A DNA stretch of 43,588 nt from Phycisphaerae bacterium. Its GTDB lineage: Bacteria > Planctomycetota > Phycisphaerae > UBA1845 > Fen-1342. Within the stretch, counting starts at the first letter, position 1, and the number at the start of each line of letters is the position of its first letter. Location: the NCBI GenBank assembly GCA_018056925.1, contig JAGPEO010000001.1:1-43588 (forward strand), given 5' to 3'. This document shows, piece after piece, positions 1 through 9,619 of the stretch. The translations under genes and the position numbers were made by a program. The notes beneath the pieces are model-generated. The model saw only the letters and a list, made by a program, of their open reading frames with translations, did no database searches and was not told the DNA's origin.

Positions 1-4
1 GTCC

Positions 5-805
5 TCAACGACCGTCCGTCAGGACATCCGGGCCGTTGGCCGTAACCGCCACGGTGTCCTCAAAATGCGCCGCCGGCCGGCGGTCCTTCGTGACCACTGC
101 CCAGCGATACGCGTCGTCGCCGAACTCCACCTCCGGGCTGCCGGCGGTGACCATCGGCTCGATTGCCAGGATCATGCCCGGCACCAACTCGAAATCCATA
201 TTCTTCAGGCCGCGGCCCCAGGCGTTGGGCACCTTGGGCTCTTCGTGCATCTCGCGTCCGATGCCGTGGCCGACAAACTCACGCACTACGCCGAAGCCTT
301 CGCCCTCGACGTATTTCTGCATCTTGCGGGCGATCGTGCCCCAGCGTACGCCGGGGCGAATCTCGCTCAGGGCCAGCGCCAGCATCTGCTGCGTCACATC
401 CAGCAGCTTCCGGGACTCCGGCGAAATCCGGCCCACCGCGAAAGTGCGGGCGGCGTCGCCGCAATAGCCTTTCAGCCGCACGCCGCAATCCACGCTGACG
501 ATGTCGCCTTCCATCAGCGGGCGGTCGTCCGGGATACCGTGTACCACCGCCTCGTTGACCGACGCGCAAATGCTCGCCGGAAACGGGCAACGGGCCTGCG
601 GATTTCGCACGCCCAGGAACAACGCCGTCGCGCCGGCATCGCGAATCATCTGGCCGGCGACTCTGTCCAGTTCGGCGGTGGTCACGCCCGGCCGGATCCG
701 CCGCTGCAGCTCGCACAGAATCTCGTATACCAGGCGACCGGCCGCCCGCATCAGTTCGATTTCGCGGGCCGATTTCAAAACTATTCTGGCCCCGGCCGCC
801 TTCAT
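5..805 (-). CDS. map: Methionine aminopeptidase, type I
   Basis: 266-aa ORF with MetAP signatures (VVHGIP, VDCGV..GYCGD, GHGIGREMHE, LAIEPM). ATGA start/stop overlap with adk. Canonical position after secY-adk. Confidence 0.95.
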   Translation of the reverse strand: MKAAGARIVLKSAREIELMRAAGRLVYEILCELQRRIRPGVTTAELDRVAGQMIRDAGATALFLGVRNPQARCPFPASICASVNEAVVHGIPDDRPLMEGDIVSVDCGVRLKGYCGDAARTFAVGRISPESRKLLDVTQQMLALALSEIRPGVRWGTIARKMQKYVEGEGFGVVREFVGHGIGREMHEEPKVPNAWGRGLKNMDFELVPGMILAIEPMVTAGSPEVEFGDDAYRWAVVTKDRRPAAHFEDTVAVTANGPDVLTDGR

Positions 806-1470
806 CCGCGCGTACCTAGCGCCTCCACGATCCGCAACACTTCTTTTTGAACGGCGTCCGCCCCCACGCTCGCGTCCACAGACTGCAGCAGGCCCTGCCG
901 GGTGTAGTACCCGATCAGGGGCTCGGTCTGCGCGCGGTACGTGGCCAGCCGCGTCCGAACCGTCTCTTCGCGGTCATCAACCCGCTGAATAACTTCCCCG
1001 TTACACCGATCACATACACCCGCCTTTTTCGGCGGCATGAACTCCGTATTATAGGCCGCCCCGCAATCGATGCAAACCCGGCGGGTAATGATGCGGCGGA
1101 TGATCTCCGCGTCGTCGAGGCGGAAATCTATTACAGCCTGCAAGGTCCGCCCACTGGCCTTCAAGCCGGCGTCCAGAGCCTCAGCCTGCGGTACGGTTCG
1201 CGGGAAGCCATCCAGTACAAACCCGCCGCCGGCCGGCAGACGCCCAACCGCCGCCAGCATGATGCCGGTTATGACGTCGTCGGGAACGAGCACGCCGGCT
1301 TCCATGAAGCTCGCGGCCTTAAGACCGATCTCGCTCTTTTCGCGAACCTCGCGCCGCAGCAGGTCGCCGCTGGCGAGTTGCGTCAGACCCAAGCGGTCGC
1401 ACAGGCGCTGGGCCTGCGTGCCTTTGCCGCTGCCGGGCGGACCGAGAAAGACCAGTCGCTTGTCAGCCAT
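802..1470 (-). CDS. adk: Adenylate kinase with Zn-lid
   Basis: P-loop GPPGSGKGTQ. Lid motif CIDCG...CDRCNG. One-nt TAATG overlap with the secY stop. Confidence 0.95.
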   Translation of the reverse strand: MADKRLVFLGPPGSGKGTQAQRLCDRLGLTQLASGDLLRREVREKSEIGLKAASFMEAGVLVPDDVITGIMLAAVGRLPAGGGFVLDGFPRTVPQAEALDAGLKASGRTLQAVIDFRLDDAEIIRRIITRRVCIDCGAAYNTEFMPPKKAGVCDRCNGEVIQRVDDREETVRTRLATYRAQTEPLIGYYTRQGLLQSVDASVGADAVQKEVLRIVEALGTRG

Positions 1471-2867
1471 TAGTACATTCCTTTGACCCGCGCCACGCCT
1501 TCATGCCCGAGGAAGCCCTCGTAGTTGCGCATGATCAGGTTGGCTTCGATGCGGTTAATGAAGTCCAAGGCGACGCTGACGACGATCAGCAAGCCGGTGC
1601 CACCCAGGAAGGCCGAGATGCGCCACGGGATTTCAAGCTGCGTCGCGACGACCGACGGGATCACCGCGATCAGGGCCAGGAAGCCGGCGCCGACGTAAGT
1701 GATCCGCTGCATGACGGCTTCGAGGTAATCCGCGGTCCGCTTTCCGGGCCGCAGGCCGGGGATGAAGCTGCCCATGTCGCGCAAGTTGTTGGCCAGTTCC
1801 TTGGGCTGGAATTGGACGGCCGTCCAGAAGTACGCGAAGAAGTACACCATCGCGATGTACGACACTTCGTACAGATAGCTGCCCATGTGGAAGTTCGCGT
1901 TCACCTGACTGGCGACGGTGCCGGCCCAGGCCAGCCAGGACGGCCAATTCGCGTTCGCCAGCCATCCCAGAATGAACTGCGGGAACATCAGCAACGAGCT
2001 GGCGAAAATGATGGGCATCACGCCGCCGTGGTTCACGCGCAACGGCAGGTAGTGCCGCGCCCCGCCCACAATGCGCCGGCCGCGAGTCTGCTTGGCCTGC
2101 TGAATCGGAATGCGGCGTTGGGCCTGGGTAATCAGTATTGCCCCGGCCACGACCGCCACGAACGACAGGACCAGGAAGACCACCTTTTCCGGCGTGATGT
2201 AGGTCGCACCCGCCATCTGGCCGCTGCGGAAGAGGCCGCTGTAGATCTCGATAAACACGGTCGGCAAGCGGGCAATGATGCCGGCCATGATGATCAAGCT
2301 GATGCCGTTGCCGATGCCGTACTCGTCGATCTGCTCACCGATCCACATCAGCAGCATGGTTCCGGCCATCAAACCCACGATGGCCATCAGGGCGAATGTC
2401 CACCACATCATGCCGGTCGAGAATTCGGCGTACACCAGGTTGTTGCTGTGGAGGTACTGCACCCAGAACACCGACTGTATCAAACACAAGGCGACGGTGA
2501 GGTAGCGGGTGTACTCGTTGATTTTTCGCCGTCCGGATTCACCCTCTTTTTGGAGTTTTTCCAGGGCAGGCACAACCGTCACGAGCAACTGCAGAATGAT
2601 CGAGGCACTGATGTAAGGCATGATCCCCAAGCCGAACAACGTGCTCTGCCCCAGGTCGCCGCCGGTGAACAGGGCAAACAGATCAGCCATCTGGCCGACC
2701 GGGCTGCCGCTGGCACCGCCACGGAAGTGACTGGAAAGAGTTTCCTGATCGACTCCCGGAAGCGGAACGTAGTAACCAATCCGGTATACCGACAACATGA
2801 AGAGCGTAAACAGCACCTTGTTGCGGAGGTCCGGAATCCGGAAGGTATTAATAAAGGCACGCAGCAT
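1470..2867 (-). CDS. secY: Preprotein translocase subunit SecY
   Basis: 465-aa polytopic membrane protein with typical SecY segments (GIMPYISASII, GGVMPIIFASS). Lies between rplO and adk. Confidence 0.97.
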   Translation of the reverse strand: MLRAFINTFRIPDLRNKVLFTLFMLSVYRIGYYVPLPGVDQETLSSHFRGGASGSPVGQMADLFALFTGGDLGQSTLFGLGIMPYISASIILQLLVTVVPALEKLQKEGESGRRKINEYTRYLTVALCLIQSVFWVQYLHSNNLVYAEFSTGMMWWTFALMAIVGLMAGTMLLMWIGEQIDEYGIGNGISLIIMAGIIARLPTVFIEIYSGLFRSGQMAGATYITPEKVVFLVLSFVAVVAGAILITQAQRRIPIQQAKQTRGRRIVGGARHYLPLRVNHGGVMPIIFASSLLMFPQFILGWLANANWPSWLAWAGTVASQVNANFHMGSYLYEVSYIAMVYFFAYFWTAVQFQPKELANNLRDMGSFIPGLRPGKRTADYLEAVMQRITYVGAGFLALIAVIPSVVATQLEIPWRISAFLGGTGLLIVVSVALDFINRIEANLIMRNYEGFLGHEGVARVKGMY

Positions 2868-2901
2868 CTCAGTTCAACCTTCTTGGGACTCGCGCCCTTT
2901 G

Positions 2902-3459
2902 CTATGCGCCGGCCGGTGGCGCCGTGTCGCCCTTCTTCGGGGCGGACTTTTTGGGGGACGACTTCTTGGCCGTATTTCGTTTAGCCCGTGCTTGTGCGGC
3001 CCGGTCGGGACGCTCAATAACCTGCACGGTTCCGCCCGCCTGCTCGATCGCCGCCCGCGCCTGGCCGCTGAACGCATGGGCCGCAACGGTCAGCTTCTTG
3101 TCCAGCTTGCCGTGCCCCAGGATGCGGACCAACGGTCGCGGACCCTGCACCAGGTTCAGCTTTCGCAGGCTCTCCAGATCCACGCGTCCGCCCTGGTCAA
3201 AGTGCTCGTTCAGCACTCCCACGTTGACCACCTGGTACTCGGTGCGAAACTCGAAATTGCTGAAGCCGCGCTTCGGCAAGCGCCGGAACAGCGGCATCTG
3301 ACCGCCTTCGGTCAGGCGCCGCGCGCCCCCGCCGGCGCGCGACTGAAAGCCCTTGTTGCCGCGCCCGCAGGTCTTGCCGTGCCCGCTGGCTTCGCCTCGC
3401 CCGACGCGCTTACGCGGCCGGTGCGCCCCCGCCGTCGCTGTTATTTCGTTCAGCATCAT
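2902..3459 (-). CDS. rplO: 50S ribosomal protein L15 with Lys/Pro-rich C-terminal tail
   Basis: N-terminus RKRVGRGEASGHGKTCGRGNKG is typical of L15. Overlaps the rpsE stop by 4 nt. Confidence 0.95.
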   Translation of the reverse strand: MMLNEITATAGAHRPRKRVGRGEASGHGKTCGRGNKGFQSRAGGGARRLTEGGQMPLFRRLPKRGFSNFEFRTEYQVVNVGVLNEHFDQGGRVDLESLRKLNLVQGPRPLVRILGHGKLDKKLTVAAHAFSGQARAAIEQAGGTVQVIERPDRAAQARAKRNTAKKSSPKKSAPKKGDTAPPAGA

Positions 3460-4127
3460 GGCTGCATTTCCTGCTGCTGTTGCGGAGTGGCCTGGCCGCT
3501 GTCCGCCTCGCCCTCATCGGAAGGCTCATCGGCCGAGACATGCGCCTCGATGGGCGCCTTTTTCGATGGGCGCTCCGGCGGAAGATCCAGTGTGACCCCG
3601 CGCAACTCCTCGACCCGCGCCCGCGAGCGCAGTTTCTGGAGACCGTCGATGGTGGCTTTCACCAGGTTCTTCGGGCTCGTCGAGCCGTAGACCTTGGTCA
3701 GCACGTCCTTAATCCCGGCCAGTTCCAGCACGGCCCGCGGAGCCGAGCCGGCAATGACGCCGGTACCTTCGGCGGCCGGGATCAACACCACCCGGCTGGC
3801 GCCGTACGCGCCCACCACGCGGTGCGGTATCGTCGTGCCCCGCAGTGGAACGGTGAACATGCGCCGGCGAGCCTGCTTGTTGCCCTTCTCGACGGACGGC
3901 GGGACCTCGTTGGCCTTGCCGTAACCATAGCCTACGCGACCCTGCCGGTCGCCGACGACCACCAGGGCGCCGAACGAAAAGCGACGGCCACCCTTCACCA
4001 CGCAGGCACAGCGGTAAAGCTTGACCAGCGCGTCATCAATGTTGGATTCGGCGCCGGGCTCATGGTCCGCTAGCCGCCGTCTGCCGCCGCCGCCTCCGCC
4101 GCGCGCTTGTTTCGGCCGTGTCGACAT
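3456..4127 (-). CDS. rpsE: 30S ribosomal protein S5 with Gly/Arg-rich N-extension and acidic C-terminal tail
   Basis: S5 core (VVKGGRRFSFGALVVVGD, GTGVIAG). About 50 extra C-terminal residues (EAHVSADEPSDEGEADSG...). Confidence 0.95.
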   Translation of the reverse strand: MSTRPKQARGGGGGGRRRLADHEPGAESNIDDALVKLYRCACVVKGGRRFSFGALVVVGDRQGRVGYGYGKANEVPPSVEKGNKQARRRMFTVPLRGTTIPHRVVGAYGASRVVLIPAAEGTGVIAGSAPRAVLELAGIKDVLTKVYGSTSPKNLVKATIDGLQKLRSRARVEELRGVTLDLPPERPSKKAPIEAHVSADEPSDEGEADSGQATPQQQQEMQP

Positions 4128-4149
4128 AATTACCTTCTCTGCCTTTGCC

Positions 4150-4518
4150 CTAGAACTTTAAACCGGCTTCGCGGGCCGCATCCGCCAAAGCCTTGATTCG
4201 GCCGTGATACTTGCGGCCGCGGCGATCGAAACACACCTGCTCGATGCCGAGGGCCCGCGCTTTTTCGGCCAACGCCTTGCCCACGACGGCCGCCGCTTTG
4301 ACGTTTCCGCCGTAGGTCACCTGCTCGCGAATTTCCTTGCCGCGGCTGGAGACGCCGCACAGCGTGCGTCTGGCAACGTCGTCAATAATCTGGGCGTAAA
4401 TGCCCGTATTGGAGCGGCTGACCGCCAGGCGCGGCCGGGCCGGAGTACCGTCCACCTTTTTGCGCACGCGGCGAATTCGTCGCTCCTGGCGTGCCACCTT
4501 GAGGAATTCTGTTCGCAT
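4150..4518 (-). CDS. rplR: 50S ribosomal protein L18
   Basis: RIRRVRKKV...[17 protein letters not shown] and a C-terminal [19 protein letters not shown]. Confidence 0.95.
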   Translation of the reverse strand: MRTEFLKVARQERRIRRVRKKVDGTPARPRLAVSRSNTGIYAQIIDDVARRTLCGVSSRGKEIREQVTYGGNVKAAAVVGKALAEKARALGIEQVCFDRRGRKYHGRIKALADAAREAGLKF

Positions 4519-4549
4519 TACCTTACCTCAGAGCCGAATCACAGCCCAA

Positions 4550-5146
4550 TCAGCCGCCGCCGCCGCCCGCAAACACCTTGCCAGCCTTGCGGCGAATGTG
4601 CTCGCCGGCGTAACGGATGCCCTTGCCCTTGTAGGGTTCCGGCTTGCGGAGCTTACGGATGTCGGCCGCAAATGCGCCAACCTGTTGCTTGTCTGGGCCG
4701 CTGACCGAGAATTTCGCGGGCTCGTTGTCGCCACGGGCGACCGGGGCGTCGACCTTGATTTCCAGCCCGGGCGGCACCGGAATTTCGAACTGGGCCTTAC
4801 GACCGATGCCCCGCCCCATGTACCCGACGTTCAGCAGGAAGGTCTTGCCCTCGAGCTTGCAGCCATAGCCGGTGCCGTAGATTTCCAGGTCGATGCGATA
4901 GCCCTCGGCCACGCCCTTCACCATGTTCGCGATCAAGGCGCGCGAGGTGCCGTGCAAGGCCCGGCTGCGCTTCTGATCGTCGGGCCGGTCACAGACGACC
5001 TGGTTGTCCTTAAGAGCCACGGTAATCGGCTCGGGGACCTGCCAGCTCAACTTGCCTTTGGGACCGGTGATTTCCACGTTTCGCCCGGAGAGGTTGACCT
5101 TGACGCCGGGCGGGACGGGAACCGGTTTCTTGCCAATCCGCGACAT
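4550..5146 (-). CDS. rplF: 50S ribosomal protein L6
   Basis: MSRIGKKPVPVP start. The ORF-track start at 5179 would overlap rpsH, so I moved the start to the internal ATG at 5146. Confidence 0.92.
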   Translation of the reverse strand: MSRIGKKPVPVPPGVKVNLSGRNVEITGPKGKLSWQVPEPITVALKDNQVVCDRPDDQKRSRALHGTSRALIANMVKGVAEGYRIDLEIYGTGYGCKLEGKTFLLNVGYMGRGIGRKAQFEIPVPPGLEIKVDAPVARGDNEPAKFSVSGPDKQQVGAFAADIRKLRKPEPYKGKGIRYAGEHIRRKAGKVFAGGGGG

Positions 5147-5150
5147 CGAA

Positions 5151-5555
5151 TCACCAAACCTTGCAGAGCAACTCGCCACCCACGCGCTGCTTGCGACACT
5201 GCCGGTCGCTCAGCACGCCGCGGCTGGTGGAGACAATCGTTATGCCCAAACCGTCCAGCACGCGCGGCATCTCGTCGACGTGCGCATAGATGCGCCGTCC
5301 GGGCCGGCTGACGCGCTGCAGATCCTGGATCACGTGCGTGCCGTCGTCGGCGTACTTCAGGTCGATTTCGATCTCGCCCTGGTTGGTGTCCTCGATCTGC
5401 TGGAAGTCCAGAATATAGCCTTCATCCTTGAGAACCTGGGCAATCCCCAGGCACACCTTGCTGCGCTTGACGCGCACCCGCCGCTTGCCGATCCGGTCGG
5501 CGTTACGGATGCGTGTCAGCATGTCGGCGATCGGGTCCGATGTGGCCATTACCAA
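5151..5555 (-). CDS. rpsH: 30S ribosomal protein S8
   Basis: [13 protein letters not shown] motif and position in the spc order. Confidence 0.95.
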   Translation of the reverse strand: MVMATSDPIADMLTRIRNADRIGKRRVRVKRSKVCLGIAQVLKDEGYILDFQQIEDTNQGEIEIDLKYADDGTHVIQDLQRVSRPGRRIYAHVDEMPRVLDGLGITIVSTSRGVLSDRQCRKQRVGGELLCKVW

Positions 5556-5734
5556 CTCGCTTTCCGCACCCCAGGGATGCGACCTTCACCGGCCAGCTTA
5601 CGGAAGCACAGGCGGCACAGGCGGAACTTGCGATAAACCGCACGCGAGCGGCCGCACAGCTCGCAGCGCGTGTACGCCCGCACGCGGTACTTCGGCGTGC
5701 GCTTGGATTTGTGTATCAGTCCCAATCTGGCCAT
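5549..5734 (-). CDS. rpsN: 30S ribosomal protein S14, Zn-ribbon type Z (61 aa)
   Basis: CELCGR...CRLCFR Cys4 motif. The short 61-aa form ends in W. Confidence 0.93.
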   Translation of the reverse strand: MARLGLIHKSKRTPKYRVRAYTRCELCGRSRAVYRKFRLCRLCFRKLAGEGRIPGVRKASW

Positions 5735-5741
5735 TGACCGC

Positions 5742-6302
5742 TTAGCTCCTGAAGGGCATGCCCATCAGCGCCAGCAGCCGCCGCGCTTCGGCGTCGTTGC
5801 GGGCGCTGGTGCAAATGGTAATGTTCATACCCTGCTGATAATTGACTTTGTCCGGATCGATCTCCGGAAATACGCCGTATTCTGACAAGCCCATATTGTA
5901 GTTGCCGCGCCCGTCGAAGCCGCCCGGGTCCAGACCGCGAAAATCGCGGACGCGCGGGATGGCCAGCGCCACCAGGCGATCGAGAAATTCGTACATTCGC
6001 GCCCCGCGCAGCGTCACCTTCAGCCCGACGTCCCAGCCCTCGCGAACTTTGAAGTTCGATACGCTCTTGCGGGCCTTGGTTACCAGCGGCTTCTGCCCGG
6101 TTACCGTGCGCAGATGCTCTTCGGCCTCGGTGAAGCGGCGGTTCTCGCGCGACTTGTTGCCGCTCTCCTGAACCGCCTTGCCCAGGCCCATCGAAACCAC
6201 GATCTTCTCCAGCTTGGGCAGCGACATGATGTTCTGCCGCCCCAGCTCCTGCTGCAGAGCCGGTATGACCGTCTGCCGGTATTTGTCGAGTAGCCGTACC
6301 AT
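5742..6302 (-). CDS. rplE: 50S ribosomal protein L5
   Basis: [18 protein letters not shown]....[11 protein letters not shown]. Confidence 0.95.
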   Translation of the reverse strand: MVRLLDKYRQTVIPALQQELGRQNIMSLPKLEKIVVSMGLGKAVQESGNKSRENRRFTEAEEHLRTVTGQKPLVTKARKSVSNFKVREGWDVGLKVTLRGARMYEFLDRLVALAIPRVRDFRGLDPGGFDGRGNYNMGLSEYGVFPEIDPDKVNYQQGMNITICTSARNDAEARRLLALMGMPFRS

Positions 6303-6673
6303 TACTGATTCCTGCGCTTATATTCGCCGGTGGCGCGCGTCACTTCGCTCAGCACGGAGCCGCCGAGGCTGAGGCGCTGCTTGCTGACCACTTTGCCCGT
6401 GGCATCCCGCTGCACCTGGAAGCGCACCCGCGTACCGCGCCCGGTTTTGGGATCGACCGGCATCACGTTTGAGGCGTGAATCGGGGCCTCTTTCTGAATT
6501 CGACCGCCCTGCGGGTGCTTGCGGCTCTTGCGCACGTGGCGATAAACCATGTTAACGCCTTCGACCACCACCCGGTCCTTGACCGGATCGACCCGCAGCA
6601 CCTTGCCGCGAGCACCCCGGTGCTCGCCGGCAATCACTTCAACAATGTCGTCTTTACGAACCCGCGCGGCCAT
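6302..6673 (-). CDS. rplX: 50S ribosomal protein L24
   Basis: KDDIVEVIAGEHRGARGKVLRV (KOW motif). I chose the ATG at 6673, which is preceded by GAGGAGG, over the upstream TTG at 6682. Confidence 0.9.
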   Translation of the reverse strand: MAARVRKDDIVEVIAGEHRGARGKVLRVDPVKDRVVVEGVNMVYRHVRKSRKHPQGGRIQKEAPIHASNVMPVDPKTGRGTRVRFQVQRDATGKVVSKQRLSLGGSVLSEVTRATGEYKRRNQ

Positions 6674-6675
6674 AC

Positions 6676-7065
6676 TTACCAAACCTCCTCAGCCAGCGAG
6701 ATGATCTTGGCGAAGTTCTTCTCGCGCAGCTCGCGGGCCACCGCCCCGAATACGCGGGTACCCTTGGGATTCCCGTCGCCGTCAATAATCACCGCCGCGT
6801 TGCTGTCGAAACGCACGTAGCTGCCGTCCTTGCGGCGCGTCGGGTACTTGGTGCGCACAATCACCACGCGCACCTTTTCGCCCTTTTTCAGCTCCGATGA
6901 TGGCAACACGCTCTTGATCGAGCAGATGGCGATGTCCCCCACCCCGCCCTTGGCCAGCCGCTTCTTGCCGTGCCGGGCCGCCGAACCCTTCAGCACCTGG
7001 ATGCACTGCAGCTCCTTGGCGCCCGTGTTGTCGGCCACGTCCAGCCGCGTGTACTGCGTAATCAC
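6676..7065 (-). CDS. rplN: 50S ribosomal protein L14
   Basis: GTG start. [17 protein letters not shown] and a C-terminal [12 protein letters not shown]. Confidence 0.95.
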   Translation of the reverse strand: MITQYTRLDVADNTGAKELQCIQVLKGSAARHGKKRLAKGGVGDIAICSIKSVLPSSELKKGEKVRVVIVRTKYPTRRKDGSYVRFDSNAAVIIDGDGNPKGTRVFGAVARELREKNFAKIISLAEEVW

Positions 7066-7400
7066 GCTTCACCCCCCTGCCCCAGCACCTCGGCCGCCTG
7101 CCGCGGGGCCCGCTGCACGATCCGCACCAGGCGCCAATTCTTGGTCTTGCTGATCGGGCGGCACTCGGCCACCTCAACCAGGTCGCCCACCCCGGCCTCG
7201 TTGTTCTCGTCGTGGGCGTGCATCACCGTGCGCCGGCTCAGAAACTTGCCGTACTTGCCGTGCTTGACCAGATAAGAAACCGTCACCTTGATGGTCTTCT
7301 GGCGCGCCGCAGACGCGACCACGCCGATGCGCGTGGCACGCCGCGCGCGCGGCGCCGCAGGCGGTGACACCACGGCTTTTCCGGGTTCTGTCGTATCCAT
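7062..7400 (-). CDS. rpsQ: 30S ribosomal protein S17 with N-terminal extension
   Basis: [19 protein letters not shown]....[27 protein letters not shown]. Confidence 0.92.
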   Translation of the reverse strand: MDTTEPGKAVVSPPAAPRARRATRIGVVASAARQKTIKVTVSYLVKHGKYGKFLSRRTVMHAHDENNEAGVGDLVEVAECRPISKTKNWRLVRIVQRAPRQAAEVLGQGGEA

Positions 7401-7461
7401 TCCGTGCTATCCGTTCTGCAATCAGTGCCGGCAAAGCGGAGCTTTGCTTTGCACTACCAAC

Positions 7462-7710
7462 TCACTTATGCCGCGCGGCCTGGGCCGTCAGATGGTCCTG
7501 CCGCTGTTCGATGTTCTTTTCGCCGCGTTCACGTAAGACCGTCAAGACGCGCGCTATGCTGCGCCGGGTCTTGCCGAGCTGCGTCGGGTCTTCCAGCTTC
7601 TCGGTCACCGCCTGGGCCCGCAGGTCGAAAAAGTGCCGCCGCAGGCGCTCCAGCTCCGCGTGCAGCTCATCCGCCTTCATGGCCCGCAAATTCTCGATCG
7701 TCAACGCCAT
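7462..7710 (-). CDS. rpmC: 50S ribosomal protein L29
   Basis: LRAMKADELHAELERLRRHFFDLRAQ is typical of L29. Confidence 0.9.
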   Translation of the reverse strand: MALTIENLRAMKADELHAELERLRRHFFDLRAQAVTEKLEDPTQLGKTRRSIARVLTVLRERGEKNIEQRQDHLTAQAARHK

Positions 7711-7719
7711 GACCGGCTC

Positions 7720-8142
7720 CTACACGCTATGCCGGCGGGCGATGAACCTGGTGCGCACCGGTAGCTTGTGAGCCACCCGCAACAACGCCGCCTTGGCCAC
7801 GTCCTCGCCGACACCCCCGACCTCGTACATTACCATGCCCGGCCGGACCACGGCCGCCCAGATGTCCACCTCGCCCTTGCCCTTGCCCATACGCGTTTCC
7901 AGCGGCTTCTTCGAAATGGGCTTCCAGGGGAAGATGCGGATGTAAACCCGGCCTTCGCGGTGCAGAAAGTGCGTCGCCGCCACGCGCCCGGCCTCAATCT
8001 GCCGCGACGTTATTCGCGCCGGCTCCAGCGACTGCAAACCATAGTCACCAAAGGCGACGCTGTTGCCGCGCAGCGCGTTCCCGCGGATGCGGCCCTTGAA
8101 GGCCTTGCGGTACTTCACGCGTTTCGGCATGTTGCCCGGCAT
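7720..8142 (-). CDS. rplP: 50S ribosomal protein L16
   Basis: [14 protein letters not shown]. The true start may be the in-frame ATG at 8130. Confidence 0.95.
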   Translation of the reverse strand: MPGNMPKRVKYRKAFKGRIRGNALRGNSVAFGDYGLQSLEPARITSRQIEAGRVAATHFLHREGRVYIRIFPWKPISKKPLETRMGKGKGEVDIWAAVVRPGMVMYEVGGVGEDVAKAALLRVAHKLPVRTRFIARRHSV

Positions 8143-8151
8143 AACTAACTC

Positions 8152-8235
8152 CTACCGTGTGCCACTCTACCGTGTGCCACTGTGAGGCCTGAGCCTCAAC
8201 AGTGCGGTCTAAGCCTCAATAGTGCCGTGTGCCAC
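8152..8235. repeat. Tandem repeats inside the rpsC-rplP spacer
   Basis: Perfect 15-nt tandem duplication CTACCGTGTGCCACT at 8152-8166 and 8167-8181. Two 20-nt tandem copies at 8189-8208 and 8209-8228 (17 of 20 identical). A third CCGTGTGCCAC core at 8225-8235. Confidence 0.9.
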
Positions 8236-8282
8236 GCGGAGACTCAGACCTCCAACACTAGCACACCTAAAACCAACGCCCG

Positions 8283-8975
8283 TTAGCGACGCGCCCGGCG
8301 GCGGAACCGGCCGTCTCCGGCCGCCGTCGCCGGCTGCTCGCCATAACTGCCGCGATAAATCCAAACCTTGATGCCTATCACGCCGACCGTGGTTACCGCA
8401 TGCGTGATGGCGTAATCCACTTCCGCCTGCAACGTCTGCAGCGGAATCGAACCCAGCATCTGCGTTTCGGTGCGGGCCATTTCCGCGTTGCCCAGCCGGC
8501 CGGAGCAGATGATCTTCACGCCCTTGGCCCCGGCCGCCATGGCGGCCTCGCACTTCATCTTCATGATGCGCCGGAAGCTGCCGCGTTTCTTGAGCTGCTC
8601 GGCGATGCCCTGGCCGACCAGCCGGGCGTCCAGATCGGGGTTCTTGATTTCAACTATATTCACGGAGACGCGACGATCAATCAGGTCTTCCAGGCGTTCC
8701 TTGAGCTTGTCCACCTCGGCCCCTTTGGCGCCGATCACGACGCCGGGGCGGGCGGAGTGCAGGATCACCTTTACTTCGTCGCGCGTACGCTCGATTTCGA
8801 CCTTGGAGATGCCGGCGAAAGGCGGCTTCTCGTTGAGTTCCTTTTCGATGAAGCGGCGAATGTTCTCATCCTCGACGAGGAACGCGCCAAAGGCCGCTTT
8901 AGGGGCGTACCAGCGGGACTTCCAGCCTTCGGTAATGCCCACCCGGAAGCCGATTGGATTGCACTTCTGGCCCAC
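8283..8975 (-). CDS. rpsC: 30S ribosomal protein S3
   Basis: MGQKCNPIGFRVGIT start, KH domain, and C-terminal domain with GRLGNAEMAR. Confidence 0.96.
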   Translation of the reverse strand: MGQKCNPIGFRVGITEGWKSRWYAPKAAFGAFLVEDENIRRFIEKELNEKPPFAGISKVEIERTRDEVKVILHSARPGVVIGAKGAEVDKLKERLEDLIDRRVSVNIVEIKNPDLDARLVGQGIAEQLKKRGSFRRIMKMKCEAAMAAGAKGVKIICSGRLGNAEMARTETQMLGSIPLQTLQAEVDYAITHAVTTVGVIGIKVWIYRGSYGEQPATAAGDGRFRRRARR

Positions 8976-8978
8976 GCG

Positions 8979-9314
8979 TTATTCCTTTTCACTCACCGAA
9001 ATTGTAATGTGAGAAGTCCGCTTCATGATCGGGTGCGCCCGCCCGCGGTCTTTCGGGTGAAAGCGCTTGATGATCGGACCCGGATCGACCCGTGCTTCGC
9101 TTACGACCAGCCGGTGCATGGACGCCTCAGCCTCATTGGCGCTGGCCATTGCGGATTTGAGCACGCGATCGACCAACTTACCGGCGCGTTTGTGCGTGAA
9201 GCGTAACAACTCCACTGCGTCATCGCACCGCCGCCCGCGGATCAGATCTACCACGAGCCGCGCCTTGCGATCGGCGATCCGTGCGTAGCGGTGTTTTGCG
9301 GTCCACATCTTCAA
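8979..9314 (-). CDS. rplV: 50S ribosomal protein L22
   Basis: ARIADRKARLVVDLIRG...RAHPIMKRTSHITI. Confidence 0.94.
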   Translation of the reverse strand: MKMWTAKHRYARIADRKARLVVDLIRGRRCDDAVELLRFTHKRAGKLVDRVLKSAMASANEAEASMHRLVVSEARVDPGPIIKRFHPKDRGRAHPIMKRTSHITISVSEKE

Positions 9315-9323
9315 GGCCTCCTG

Positions 9324-9596
9324 CTACTTCGCCACCGCGCGTGCAGTGTGCGCCCGGAACGTCCGCGTCGGCGAGAATTCACCCAGCTTGTGCCCGACCA
9401 TATCTTCGGTCACGAACACCTTCTGGAAGTGCCGTCCGTTATGCACCTCGAACGTCACGCCCACAAATTCCGGCACAATCGTGCACGACCGGCTCCACAC
9501 CTTGATCGGCGTCCGGTCGCCCATCTTCTGGGCCGCGAGCACCTTGTTGAACACGTGCTCGTTTACGTACGGGCCTTTTTTCGCGCTACGCGCCAT
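9324..9596 (-). CDS. rpsS: 30S ribosomal protein S19
   Basis: [11 protein letters not shown]...VHNGRHF...GHKLGEF (90 aa). The 216-aa ORF-track version runs into rplB, so I trimmed it to the ATG at 9596. Confidence 0.93.
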   Translation of the reverse strand: MARSAKKGPYVNEHVFNKVLAAQKMGDRTPIKVWSRSCTIVPEFVGVTFEVHNGRHFQKVFVTEDMVGHKLGEFSPTRTFRAHTARAVAK

Positions 9597-9619
9597 GCGT
9601 ATTCCTCTAGCTAACTGCC

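Noticed and set aside
8152-8181. Minus-strand TGGCAC words in the rpsC-rplP spacer as sigma-54 promoters.
   Set aside because: No TTGC or GC element is present at the required N10 spacing after either GG.
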